NCBI GenBank assembly: GCA_963821525.1
Contig: CAWGED010000019.1
Location: 32,001 to 96,000 of the forward strand
Source: an uncultured Gemmatimonadales bacterium
GTDB taxonomy: Bacteria > Gemmatimonadota > Gemmatimonadetes > Gemmatimonadales > GWC2-71-9
Direction: 5' to 3'
DNA length: 64,000 nt
Shown here piece after piece: positions 31,759 through 45,501 of the stretch. The notes below the pieces were generated by a model, which made no database searches, had not been told where the DNA came from, and saw only the letters and a program-made list of their open reading frames with translations. The translations under genes and the position numbers were made by a program. Position 1 is the first letter of the stretch; each line of letters starts with the position of its first letter.

Positions 31759-32184
31759 CTACTTCCCTCCGCCGGGCAGGCCACCCATTTCCAGCAATCG
31801 TTTCCATTGAGCGGGAGTCACCGGCATCACCGAGAGCCGGCCCATCCGCACGAGGGCGAGATCCTTGAGCGAGGCCTCAGCCTTGACCTCCGCGAGTGTC
31901 ACCGGCCGTTCGAGGCGGCGCTCGGGTATCACATCGACGACCACATGCTTCGGATCGTCCTGCTTCGGGTCGGGATACGCCGCCTTGGCCACTTTCGCGA
32001 GCCCGATCACCGCCTTTTCAGCTCCAGTGTGGTAGATCAGCACGCGATCTCCCGCTTTCATGGTCCGAAGATGGGCCAACGCGAGATTGTTCCGCACTCC
32101 GTCCCAGGTGGTCCGGCCTTCTTTCTCCAACTGGTCGTAGGAGTAGGTCGTCGGCTCGGTCTTGAGCAGCCAGCTGCTGGGCAT
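31759..32184 (-). CDS. EVE domain protein
   Basis: WLLKTEP, WDGVRN, YHT, RLSVMPV. Confidence 0.92.
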   Translation of the reverse strand: MPSSWLLKTEPTTYSYDQLEKEGRTTWDGVRNNLALAHLRTMKAGDRVLIYHTGAEKAVIGLAKVAKAAYPDPKQDDPKHVVVDVIPERRLERPVTLAEVKAEASLKDLALVRMGRLSVMPVTPAQWKRLLEMGGLPGGGK

Positions 32185-32348
32185 TGAGCAACTCCCCAAG
32201 TGAATTGAGGGTCTAAGGATAGGCCGACGCGGCAGCCGTCAATCTGGCGCTTGCGTCTTACCCTGCTGCGGCACTACGCTGAGCGGTGCAGGGCCGATCC
32301 AGGCCGGCAATCCAGTCGAGGTATCATCTGTCAGCTTCGTTCCGAGTG

Positions 32349-33453
32349 ATGCGGCACCCGAATCTGGGGATGTGCGCCCTCGCTGGCCTGCTCGCTTCGG
32401 GCTGTCACGATGGAGCGCGCCGTTCGACACCGGTGCTCGTTGTCGTGTCGGGGATCGCGCCTGGCGTGGAGCTGGCGAAGCAGGATGTCCGAGGTCTGAC
32501 TCCGGAGCGGGGGGAGGAGATTCGGATCGTGGTTGACACCGAGGATCATGCCGGAGCAGAGCGGGTCGACAACGAGGCGAACCGGGCCGAGCGACTGGTG
32601 GAGACCCCGGGACTGTTCGCGCTGGTTGGCCACCTTGGCAGTCGCGGCTCACTGGCAGCGGCGCCAGTCTACAATCGGGCCGAGGTAGTGCAGCTGGTCC
32701 CCACCGCGACGAGCCAATTGTTGCGCGACGTTGGGCCGTGGACCTTCACGCTCACAGCTAATGACTCGGTGGAAGGCGCGGTCCTGGGTCGCTTCGCCGC
32801 GGAATACCTCGGCGCCCGACGAGTCGCGTTGTTCTATGTGCCGGACGAATATGGGATGGGTCTGCGGGTTGCCGCGATGCGGCAGTTGCGAGAACACGAT
32901 GTGCGAGTGGTAGACAATGTGCCGGTCGTAGCGGGGCCGACCTGGAGGTCCTGCTCGGGTCCTCTATTCGGCGATCGCCGCCGGATCTGATTCTCTGCAT
33001 GTGCCCCGCGGCGCAGACCGGCAATCTGCGCGGATTGCCGAGACAGCTGCAGCCTGGCCTCAGAGTCCTCGCCGGGGACGCCGCAACCAGCCTGTCGACG
33101 TTGATCGAGGCCGGCGGTCAGGCCACGGATTCCATCTATGTCGCCACTTTCTGGGTTCCACCGGGAACCACCGACGCGGGCCGGAAGTTCACGGCGCGGT
33201 TCAAGGCCATGACCGGACGACTCCCGAGGCGGGAGACGCACTGGTGTACGACGCGATCATGCTGCTCGCCACCGCGGCCACCAACGTCGGTACCCGGCAC
33301 GAAATGATCCGACAATACCTGGAGGCGCTGGGCACCAGCCGTCCGCCATATCTCGGAGTGACCGGACCCGTCGCCTTCGGCATGCATCAGACTTCCTCGG
33401 TAACCATCGCCCGGGTCCGACAGGGCGCCCTGGAACCGGTCGCCTGGCAATGA
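32349..33453 (+). CDS. Periplasmic solute-binding lipoprotein, LivK/branched-chain amino acid family (frameshifted near 32935 and 33230)
   Basis: Lipobox LASGC, VGHLGS, PTAT, DEYG.GL, YDA, GVTGPVAF. Confidence 0.8.
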
Positions 33454-35417
33454 CCAGCTCCGGTCCTGTCCGACGCGGCCGCCCGGCGCTCAGTCTCCGG
33501 ACCATCCTGCTGCTGTTCGTCCTCGGCTTCATGCTCTATGCCGCGGCGATCACGCTGTATTTGTCATATACCGTCACGGCGCAGGCCCGGAAGTTGGGGC
33601 GATCGGTGCAGCCGCTGGACTATCTCTTCGGCGACCTGACCGACCGGGTGCAGGGGTTGGAGAATACGACCACCGACACCTGGCGGCTTGCGATCGCCGG
33701 GAAGCCGGTCCCACCCGACACCTCTGCGGCCATCCGTGCCAGTGCGACCCGTAACGGGGGAAACACCTCAGCGGCATCCTTCGCCGCTCTCCCCCGGGGG
33801 TTTCGCACTCGGCTGGCCCAGACTGATGAAGATGTGGCGCGGCTCGGAACCATGTTGCTCGAAGTCTCCGGACTGCTGGAGCTGGGGCGATTCGACGAGG
33901 CCCGCCAGCGCCATGTCGTGGTTGACTCCCTGCTCGCCGAGGTCCAAGGCAGACTGACGCAGTCGCGACGGGACGCGCTTCCCATCCTGATTGAGGAAGA
34001 GCGTCAGCTCTCCGCCACGACCACGAACGCAGTGCGGGCGGTGACGGTGTGGATGCTCGCCGGCATGGTCCTGATCCCGCTGGGGCTGCTGGTCGCCTCG
34101 CGCCTCGTGGCCAAGCCACTGGCGGAATTGGAGCAGGGTCTCGCCCGGGTCGCCGAAGGCGATCTCCACGTGGAGCTGGCGGTGTTGCGTGACGACGAGG
34201 TGGGACAGCTCAAGCGGCACTTCAACGACATGACCCGGGTGCTGCGGGATCGCGCAGAGGAACAGGGCCGGTTCATGGCGGCGGGACAATTGATCGCGGG
34301 TGTCGCCCACGAAGTGAACAACCCGCTCATGGCCGTAGTAGCCATGTCCCAGGCTCGGCTCAGCGTGGGAGATGTTACCGACGAGCAGCGCGACGAGCTG
34401 GTACAAATCAGCCGCCAGGCCCGGCGGGCGGGTAAGCTGCTGTCCGGTCTGCTGCGCTTCGTCAGGATGGACGAACGTCCCAAGGCGCAGGCGGATCTCA
34501 ACTCGGTGGCGCGCGATGCCATCGACCTCGTGGCGTATCAATTCGGAGTGGAAGAAATCATCCTGGAGGGAGACCTCGATCCCGGGCTGCCCGCCGCCCG
34601 GGGGGATCCGGCGCGGCTCGAACAAGTTCTGGTCAACCTCCTGAGCAATGCGATTCACGCCCTGGGGCACGTAGATCCTCCCAGACGTCTGCAGGTGGAC
34701 ACCTCAACCGACGGGGAGCAGGTCTTCCTGGCGGTGCAGGACAACGGCCGGGGAATTCCCGAGGAATTGCGGGGGCGGATCTTCCGTCCCTTCGTGTCGA
34801 CGAAAGGCAGGCAAGGGACCGGATTGGGGCTATACCTGGCCCGCCAGATTGCCCGTGAGGCCGGAGGTGACCTCGCCGTGATGGCGGCCCCGGGTGGCGG
34901 TGCTCGCTTCGTCCTCTCCTTGCCTATCGCGATCAGCGCCGAATATCCATTGCCGCCACGGCCGCCAACGCCTACCCCGGTTCCAGGTCAGGCTCCTCTC
35001 AACGGATTGCGCGTGCTGCTGGTTGACGACGAAGAAGCCTTGCGCCGCCCGCTCGGTAAGTACTTGAGAAGGAGAGGAGCCGACGTTACCGAGGCGGGAG
35101 ATGGGAAGGCCGCGCTGGCAGCGCTGCAGGTCTCGGGCGTGGACGTAATCGTAGCCGATCTTCGAATGCCTCGGATGGACGGCATGGAGATGTATTCCGC
35201 TCTCGAAGCGACGCGCCCTGACCTCGCGCGAAGGCTGGTGTTCCTGTCAGGAGACCTGTCGGAGCTGTCTGCGGCGGGGCGACTGCAAATTCCGAACGAT
35301 CGGATCCTGCTCAAGCCGGTGGATCTCAAGACGCTCGAGGAAGCGGTGACGCGAGTCGCCCGCCTCGGCCGGGTCAAGGATGAGTCGGAGGCGCCTCCCG
35401 CCGTTCCACATCCGTAA
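33450..35417 (+). CDS. Membrane hybrid sensor histidine kinase (periplasmic domain, HAMP, HisKA, HATPase, receiver)
   Basis: Two TM helices, HAMP (DEVGQL..FNDM), H-box AHEVNNPL, N/G boxes (NLLSNA, DNGRG, GTGLGL), receiver LLVDDE..DLRMPRMDG..KP. Confidence 0.92.
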   Translation: MTSSGPVRRGRPALSLRTILLLFVLGFMLYAAAITLYLSYTVTAQARKLGRSVQPLDYLFGDLTDRVQGLENTTTDTWRLAIAGKPVPPDTSAAIRASATRNGGNTSAASFAALPRGFRTRLAQTDEDVARLGTMLLEVSGLLELGRFDEARQRHVVVDSLLAEVQGRLTQSRRDALPILIEEERQLSATTTNAVRAVTVWMLAGMVLIPLGLLVASRLVAKPLAELEQGLARVAEGDLHVELAVLRDDEVGQLKRHFNDMTRVLRDRAEEQGRFMAAGQLIAGVAHEVNNPLMAVVAMSQARLSVGDVTDEQRDELVQISRQARRAGKLLSGLLRFVRMDERPKAQADLNSVARDAIDLVAYQFGVEEIILEGDLDPGLPAARGDPARLEQVLVNLLSNAIHALGHVDPPRRLQVDTSTDGEQVFLAVQDNGRGIPEELRGRIFRPFVSTKGRQGTGLGLYLARQIAREAGGDLAVMAAPGGGARFVLSLPIAISAEYPLPPRPPTPTPVPGQAPLNGLRVLLVDDEEALRRPLGKYLRRRGADVTEAGDGKAALAALQVSGVDVIVADLRMPRMDGMEMYSALEATRPDLARRLVFLSGDLSELSAAGRLQIPNDRILLKPVDLKTLEEAVTRVARLGRVKDESEAPPAVPHP

Positions 35418-37540
35418 CGCCCTTCACCTTCCGAATCGCCTTGATCACCTTCGCCAGGTGAGTGCGGTTGTCCACCTCGACGAAGACCGAACCGAAGACC
35501 GAACCGTCCTTGGTGCTGAGATCGGCCGCCTTGATGTTGGTGCCCGACTGGCTGATGGCTTCCATGATGTCGGCATAGAGGCCGCGACGGTCTTCGCCGC
35601 TGACGCCCAGCCGCACCGCGAACGCCTCTCCCTGAACTTCCCGCCAGTCGATTTCGACCCGCCGCCCTTCCCCGCTCAGCATGAGCAGGTTGGGGCAGTC
35701 GGCGCGGTGGATGGAGATACCGCGCCCCTGCGTCACGTAGCCGACGACGGTGTCGCCCGGCACGGGCTGGCAGCATTGGGCGTAGCGCACCATCAGACCG
35801 CTCAAGCCCTGAATCTTGATGCCGGATCCGAGGCGGATCCGGTTGATCACCCGCCCGATGACGCTGGGCTTCACTTCCTGAAAATCCTCCGCCGAGGCGT
35901 CGGGATGCAGCGCGCGGAGCGCCTGCACGATGGTGACGTCGCCCCGGCCGACGGCGATCTCCAGCCCTCGCCCATCGGCAAGGCCGAGCGACTCGGCCGC
36001 CTTCCGCAGCTGCTCGGGTTCCGGCGCGGCGAGCCGACGGCGCTTCAGCTCACGCGCGATCTGTTCGCGGCCCAGCACGACGCTCTCTTCCTCTTCCTGG
36101 TGGCGGATCCAGGCTTTGATCTTGTGCCGCGCCCGCGCGGTGCGGACATGGGAGAGCCAGTCGCTGCTCGGCTTGGCGTTGGGGCTGGTCAGGATCTCGA
36201 TGGTGTCGCCGTTACGCAGCTCCCGGTGCAAGCGGCGCGATGCGACCGTTGACCTTGGCTCCCTGGCAGTGGACGCCGACTTCGGTGTGCACCATGAAGG
36301 CGAAATCGATCGGGGTCGCGCCCTTGGGGAGCTGCTTCACGTCGCCCTGCGGCGTGAACACGAAGATCTCGTCCTGGTACAGGTCGATCTTGAGGAACTC
36401 GAGGAACTCCTCCGGCGTGTGGGCATCCTGCTGCAGCTCGATAAGCTGGCGGAACCAGTGGAGCTGCTGGTCCAGCTCGTTGCGACGCCCGTCGGCTTTG
36501 TACAGCCAGTGGGCCGCGATACCGAACTCCGCCGTCCGGTGCATCTCCTGGGTCCGGATCTGAACCTCGAACAGCTGGCCGCCGGGGCCGAAGATCGTGG
36601 TGTGGAGCGACTGGTACGCGTTGGTCTTGGGGCTCGCGATGTAATCCTTGATCCGCTCCTGGATCGGGGTCCAGTTGTGATGGATGATCCCCAGCACGTG
36701 GTAGCACTCGGGGACGGTGCGTACCATCACCCGGATCGCCATCAGGTCGTAGATCTCGTCGAACGGCTTGCCCCGCTTCTTCATCTTCTGATAGATGGAC
36801 CACAGGTGCTTGGGCCGCCCGGTGACCTCGAACCACTCGATGCCCGCGCGCTTGAGCTCGTACTCGAGCGGCGTCTTGAGTTTGAGGATGAGCTGCTCCC
36901 GCGCCGTCTTCTTGGCGGCGACCTGCTGCACCAGGGTCCTGTAGTCCTCGGGCTCGAGGTACTTGAAGGCCAGGTCCTCCAGCTCGGCCTTGATGCCGGC
37001 CATACCAAACCGGTGGGCGAGCGGGGCGTAGATCTCGCGCGTCTCGGTGGCGATCCGCACCCGCTTCTCGGGCGGCAGCGGATCGAGCGTCCGCATGTTG
37101 TGGAGCCGGTCGGCCAGCTTGATGATGATGACCCGCGCGTCCTTGGCGATCGACAGCAGCAGCTTGCGGTAGTTCTCGACCTGCTGCTCCGCCGAGGAGC
37201 GGAAGGTGAGGCTGGAGATCTTGGTGAGGCCGTCCACCAGCCCCGACACTTCGGGGCCGAATTCCCGGGCGATGTCCTCGGCACGGACGTCGGCGTCTTC
37301 GACCACGTCGTGCAGCAGGGCCGCGCAGATCGAGGTGGTGTCGAGGAGCTGTTCCACCAGGGTCTTGGCGACGGCGATCGAGTGCTGAATGAAGTCCTCG
37401 CCCGACACCCGCTTCTGGCCCCGATGCGCCGACGCACTGAAGCGCAGCGCCCGCTCGATCTGCTCCAGATCGAGCCGGTCCGCGTGCCGCTCCAGCAGGG
37501 CACGGAAGTCGGGGGCGATGTCGGGCGTCGAAACGGTCAC
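35374..37540 (-). CDS. spoT: Bifunctional (p)ppGpp synthetase/hydrolase RelA/SpoT (one frameshift near 36230)
   Basis: LLHDVVED (HD), KLADRLHNMRT, YQSLHTT, EVQIRT, TGS, CCQPVPGD, ACT domain. Confidence 0.95.
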
Positions 37541-38218
37541 AAGAGTCCCGCCGTGGCGAAGCTCAAGAACCGATCGCCCGCCAGAATCACGTGATCGTAC
37601 ACCGGCAGGTCGAGCAATCGGCCGGCCTCCACCAGTTGTCTGGTGACCGAACGGTCTTCGGCCGAAGGGGTGGGATCTCCGCTCGGATGGTTGTGCACCA
37701 CGATGATGCCCGCGGCCGCCTCGGCGATCGCCGCGCGGAACACCTCGCGGGGATGCACCAGCGAGCTGTTGAGGAGGCCTCTGGTGACCAGGACATCGCG
37801 GAGCACACGGCTCTGGCTGTCGAGAGCCAGCAGATGGAACTCCTCCACCGCCAGGTCGCGCAGCCGGGCAGCCAGCATGCGGACGACATCCTCGGGCTCC
37901 CGGATCCGGAGTGCCGCCGGACGGGACTCCGCCATGAGGCGGCTGGCCAATTTCGAAGGCGGCAAGGAGACGAGCGCGCCTTGGCGGGCCCGACGCCCGC
38001 GGCCTGCTGCAATTCAGCCGGCGGCCTTGCCGCCAGGCGGCGCAAGGACCCGCCGCTCACCTCGAGCAGCCGGCCGGACACCTCGAGCGCACCAACTCCG
38101 GCCCTCCGGTTCCGAGGAGGATGGCAAGGAGCTCGGCCGGGGTCAGCGCGCCGGCGCCCAGCGCCCAGAGGCGCTCGCGGGGGAGTTCGGTTGATTGGTG
38201 AATGGCGGTGTCTGACAC
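37537..38218 (-). CDS. radC: RadC family JAB-domain protein (frameshifted)
   Basis: N-terminal PRERL...ELLAILLGTG, HhH GVGPAKA, VHPREVF, HNHPSGDPTPSAED, DHVI. Confidence 0.92.
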
Positions 38219-38287
38219 CGCAGGAAGCTAGAGCGGAGACGACGCGGGACGGGCCTCAAGAAAACGCAACGACGACCAGAAAGCGAA

Positions 38288-38314
38288 GGCTGACAGCAGC
38301 ACAACCTGTCAGCC
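38288..38314. other. Inverted repeat between secA and radC (possible terminator or operator)
   Basis: GGCTGACAG-N9-CTGTCAGCC. Confidence 0.45.
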
Positions 38315-38333
38315 CTCATTGTCAACGATCATC

Positions 38334-38380
38334 GATCTGCAGTTTTCAATCTTCAATCTGCAATCTTCAATCTGAAATCC
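38334..38380. repeat. Degenerate heptamer tandem repeat, about 7 units of AATCT(T/G)C
   Basis: GATCTGC AGTTTTC AATCTTC AATCTGC AATCTTC AATCTGA AATCC, directly after the secA stop. Confidence 0.8.
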
Positions 38381-38381
38381 C

Positions 38382-41593
<3,212 letters not shown>

Positions 41594-41601
<8 letters not shown>

Positions 41602-42166
41602 CCTTCAAATATAATCCCTGCGCGAGGATACACGCTGCCACCGGGTCCGGCACCCAGTAGCGAATCGGCTGGTTTTGCGCCACCCGCCGCCGGATCTCGG
41701 TAGCCGAAATATCCAGCCTCGGAACCCGCACCACCTGCGCTCCCTCGGGGATTTCGGGCAGATCCACTCCCGGCCGGGCGAAAACGACAACCTGGGCCAG
41801 GGTCGGAATCAGCGCTCCTTCACGCCACTGATCCAGCTCCCGGGCTGCGTCTGCCCCGACCAGAAGGGCAAAGCGCTTCCCCGGCTCTCGGGCCTGCAGC
41901 GCCCGAAGGGTATCCACGGTGTAGGAAGTTCCAGCCCGATCCAGTTCGGCGGTTTCCAGACGGAAGCGGGGTTGCCCTTCGATGGCCAGGGAAACCATCC
42001 GTGCCCTCACCTCCGGTGGAGCACCGTGCCGGCCACGTTTGAAGGGTTGTTCAAAGGCGGGAACGAAGCGCATCTCGTCGAGATCGAGCGCCTCGAGTAC
42101 GGCCTGGGCTACGATCAGGTGCCCGTGATGAATGGGGTCGAAGGAGCCGCCGAACAGGCCGATCAT
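41594..42166 (-). CDS. nadD: Nicotinate-nucleotide adenylyltransferase
   Basis: GGSFDPIHHGH, SYTVDTL, ISATEIR. Confidence 0.95.
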
Positions 42167-42945
42167 TGCGCGACGGGACACACCTCATCCGTTCGTGGGG
42201 TCCCGGGGTGGAAGCGGCGGAGATAGCCGCAAGTCTCCCCGGCGTCCTCGCGATACCCGAGCTTGTTGTAGACCTCGATCAGCTTGATCAGCGCCTCGGG
42301 AATCAGGGAAGTCCGGGGATAGGTCGCGATGAGGTCGCGCAAGTAAAGAATCGCCGAGTCGTAGGCCTTGAGCCGAAGATAGAACTGCGCCGCCTTATAC
42401 TCCTTCTTGGCGAAGCTTTCCTCCAGATCGGCTATCCGTTGCTTGGCCTTCAACGCTGCGGGGGTATTGGGATACCGATTGATCAATTCCTGGTACGTCG
42501 CCAGCGCACTCTGCCCATAGGACGGATCAAGCTCGGGCCGGTGCCAGAGATCGGCGAAGGCGTCCCCGGCGCGGAGTAGCGCCTCCGGAGCCAGCGGGTT
42601 GTTCGGGGTGTCATCCGAAACTCGGCGGAATTCCCGGGTGGCCTGAAGCTGGCTCTTCTGCGCGTAGTAGCATTCGGCCAGGCGGAACCGGGCCTCGACG
42701 GCCAGGCTGTCTCCAGGCGGGATCTCGAGAGCGAGGCGTTCCAGCTTTTGTGCCGCATCGCCCCACTTGCCCCGCGAATAGTCATTCAGGGCCTCTTGCC
42801 AAAGCTTCGACACTTCTTCCGGCGACGCCCCAACGGCTACAGGGCTCGGGGCTCCGATGGGCTCCGACTTACGGCCCCCGCAGGCTGTAACAGCCAATAT
42901 CGCGAGAGCGATCGTCAACGACTGGCGCATGAGGCGAGAATTCAA
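42163..42945 (-). CDS. bamD: Outer membrane protein assembly factor BamD
   Basis: Lipobox VTAC, TPRs, LAKKE-like FAKKEYKAAQFYLR motif. Confidence 0.85.
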   Translation of the reverse strand: MNSRLMRQSLTIALAILAVTACGGRKSEPIGAPSPVAVGASPEEVSKLWQEALNDYSRGKWGDAAQKLERLALEIPPGDSLAVEARFRLAECYYAQKSQLQATREFRRVSDDTPNNPLAPEALLRAGDAFADLWHRPELDPSYGQSALATYQELINRYPNTPAALKAKQRIADLEESFAKKEYKAAQFYLRLKAYDSAILYLRDLIATYPRTSLIPEALIKLIEVYNKLGYREDAGETCGYLRRFHPGTPRTDEVCPVAQ

Positions 42946-43823
42946 TTCGCGTTGGCAGCATTGCCGAGAGCGGTCAGACGCTGCCGGGCCATGATGCTGA
43001 TGGAGTCTGTTGCCTCGGAGTCGATCGCATCCTGATAGGCGATCGCCGCACCGAGAATGTCACCGAGTTTGATACGGGCGTCGCCCAGGCCAACCAGCGC
43101 CCTGCGGCCGGTCATGGATCCGCTGCTGAATCCTGCCGCCTTGCCGAACCACCTGGCTGCGACCTCCGCCTGATCTACCGTCAAGGCCTCCTGCCCCAGC
43201 TGGATGGCGCAGAGCCCATACCCGCTCGACGCCCGGGTGCGGCTCGCCGGGTCCCGGGTGCGTCGAAGGACGGTTTCGTACGCTCCGGCGGCGGCCTCGC
43301 AGGCCGTGGTCTCGCGAGAGGCGCCGGCGTAGAGAAGCAAGATCGAGTCGGCGGTCGCGGCGTCGGGAGCCGAGGCCAGGGCAGCCGGAGCCATCGCCAC
43401 CGTCTCCTCCGGCGAAAGCTTGCCGCTCCGCGTGAGCCCCAGGGTGTAGCGTGCCATGACACGATTCGGGGCCACGCCGCGCAGAGTCACCACCGCGAGT
43501 TGTAATCCCGATCCATCACCGGCCCGTTCCGCAGCCTTGGCGACCAACTCGAGCCCGGTCGCGGCCTCGTCGGCCCGCGAACGATCCTGCGAAGCAAGCT
43601 GACGGTACGCCTCGGCAGCCTCCCGAATTTCGCCGGCCTTCAGTGCGGCCGCACCGAGCTTGGCGGAAACCCGCGCATTCTGGCTCAGTTTGGCCGCAGC
43701 CCGATACTCCTGGAGAGCGGCCGGGTATTCGGCCCGTCCGTAAGCCGCATCGCCCAGCCGTTCATGATCGGCTGCCCGTCCACCGCAGGCGGTGAGCAGC
43801 AGCATGAGACACAGACGTTTCAC
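42942..43823 (-). CDS. TPR lipoprotein, unknown function
   Basis: GTG start MKRLCLMLLLTAC, Ala-rich TPR-like helices. Confidence 0.7.
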   Translation of the reverse strand: MKRLCLMLLLTACGGRAADHERLGDAAYGRAEYPAALQEYRAAAKLSQNARVSAKLGAAALKAGEIREAAEAYRQLASQDRSRADEAATGLELVAKAAERAGDGSGLQLAVVTLRGVAPNRVMARYTLGLTRSGKLSPEETVAMAPAALASAPDAATADSILLLYAGASRETTACEAAAGAYETVLRRTRDPASRTRASSGYGLCAIQLGQEALTVDQAEVAARWFGKAAGFSSGSMTGRRALVGLGDARIKLGDILGAAIAYQDAIDSEATDSISIMARQRLTALGNAANAN

Positions 43824-44527
43824 TCCGAGTTCCGTTCGAGCATCGCGAGGTAGGCTTCGACCCGCGCATTCTTGGGACGCTCCAGGAGACACTCCCGCCA
43901 CACCTCCTCGGCACCGGCAACATCGCCCGACAGATAGCGCGCGAGCCCGAGCGACGCCAACGCGTCCAGAAAGTTGGGGCGGTCCTGCACCACCCGCTCG
44001 AGTTCTTCCCGTGCGGCCAGCGCGTCGCCCGATTCAAGGAGCGTCCTCGCCAGCCGGTATCGAATGTCGGCGAAGCCGGGCCCCAGCTCGACGGCGCGAT
44101 AGAACTGCTCGATGGCCTGCTCGATCGCGCCCGATTCCGCGTAGGCGGTCGCAAGCAGGGCGTGATGGTTGGCGAGATTGGCTGCGACGTGCGAAGGAAA
44201 GCCGGAGGAGTGACGGACGTTGTGGGCCGCAGCGGTCCGGAATGCCTCCGTCGCTTCCTCGGTCCGGCCCATGTCGTTGAGCAGGATTCCGCGATGGATG
44301 TGGGCTTCGATGTAACGCGGGTTGAGCTCAAGGGCCCGCTCGAAATGGGCGAGGGCCCGCTGGGCCTGACCCAGCAGCGCGAACGAGAGTCCCAGCAGGT
44401 GGTGAGCGTCGGCGAACTGCTTGCCGCCGTTGACGACGTGCTCCAGCAAGTGGATGGCGCCGTAATAGTCCTGGAGCGCGAAGCGCTCCCGCGCCTGGTT
44501 GATCAGCGGTTCGTCACTGACGCGCAT
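43820..44527 (-). CDS. Cytoplasmic TPR protein
   Basis: ADAHHLLG..ALELNPRYIEAH, FADIRYRLA TPR repeats. Confidence 0.8.
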   Translation of the reverse strand: MRVSDEPLINQARERFALQDYYGAIHLLEHVVNGGKQFADAHHLLGLSFALLGQAQRALAHFERALELNPRYIEAHIHRGILLNDMGRTEEATEAFRTAAAHNVRHSSGFPSHVAANLANHHALLATAYAESGAIEQAIEQFYRAVELGPGFADIRYRLARTLLESGDALAAREELERVVQDRPNFLDALASLGLARYLSGDVAGAEEVWRECLLERPKNARVEAYLAMLERNSE

Positions 44528-44535
44528 AAGTCTCC

Positions 44536-45501
44536 TTACTGACGCGCATAGGTTTCCTCGAACCAGGTCAGGAACTGACGAATCCCCTCGCGGAACGTGG
44601 TGCGGGGCCGAAACCCCAGCATCCGTTCGGATTTTGTGAGATCGGCGAACGTATGCAGGACGTCCCCCGGTTGTCGAGGTGCCCACTGAATCTGTGGGGT
44701 CACCCCCATCGCCCCGGCGAGCTCGTCCACCATGGTCTTGAGCGGAACCGGCTCACGGCTCCCCAGGTTGAAGATCTCCAACCCCACCGGCGCCTTGGCG
44801 GTCCAGTCGATCGCGGCGGTCACACCGGAAACGATGTCTGCCACGTAGGTGTAGTCGCGGGATTCGGAGCCGTCGCCGAACAGGGTGACGGGCTCACCCT
44901 TGGCGAAGCGGTGCGCAAAGGAGTGAATCGCCAGGTCGGGGCGCTGCCGGGGACCATAGACCGTGAAGAACCGGAGTGCTGCGGCCCTCAATTTCGCGTG
45001 CGGCGCGAAGGAGTTGAGCAGGATTTCCCCCGCCCGCTTGGTCGCACCGTAAGGAGAGATCGCGCCCACTGCGGGAACGTCCTCCCGGAACGGCGGCGGG
45101 GTGTCGTTGCCGTAGACCGAGGATGAAGAGCCGAACACGAAACGGCTCACCCCTGCCCCCCTCGCGGCGTCCACCACCGATTGAGTACCCAGGAGGTTAG
45201 TTCGCACGTAATCGAGCGGTGCAGCGAGGGACGGCCGCACACCGGCCTTGGCGGCCAGATGCACAACCGCGGAGTCAGGCGTAAGCAGGCCCTGCAACGC
45301 GGCCCGATCCAGCAGGTCCAATTCCTTGAAGGTGAATCCCTTCTGATCCTGCAGCCGCTCCAGGTTCCGCTCCTTGATCGGCCGGGGATAGAACGGGTCG
45401 AAGTTATCGATGCCGATGACCTCGTCGCCCCGAGCGATGAGCGCCTCCGAGAGATGTGAGCCGATGAATCCGGCCGCCCCCGTAACCAGAATCCGCGTCA
45501 T
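44536..45501 (-). CDS. UDP-glucuronate 4-epimerase-like SDR
   Basis: [39 protein letters not shown]. Confidence 0.88.
   Translation of the reverse strand: MTRILVTGAAGFIGSHLSEALIARGDEVIGIDNFDPFYPRPIKERNLERLQDQKGFTFKELDLLDRAALQGLLTPDSAVVHLAAKAGVRPSLAAPLDYVRTNLLGTQSVVDAARGAGVSRFVFGSSSSVYGNDTPPPFREDVPAVGAISPYGATKRAGEILLNSFAPHAKLRAAALRFFTVYGPRQRPDLAIHSFAHRFAKGEPVTLFGDGSESRDYTYVADIVSGVTAAIDWTAKAPVGLEIFNLGSREPVPLKTMVDELAGAMGVTPQIQWAPRQPGDVLHTFADLTKSERMLGFRPRTTFREGIRQFLTWFEETYARQ

Noticed and set aside
36212..36240. Possible programmed frameshift splitting RelA/SpoT
   Set aside because: Looks like a single extra base inside the TGS domain (CCGCTTGCAC for CCGCTGCAC) with no slippery sequence; same error type as elsewhere.
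37537..38218. radC as a mobile element marker
   Set aside because: Full-length chromosomal type with N-terminal HhH region, coupled to spoT; no integrase or transposase nearby.
38334..38380. CRISPR array
   Set aside because: 7-bp tandem units with no spacers and no cas genes.
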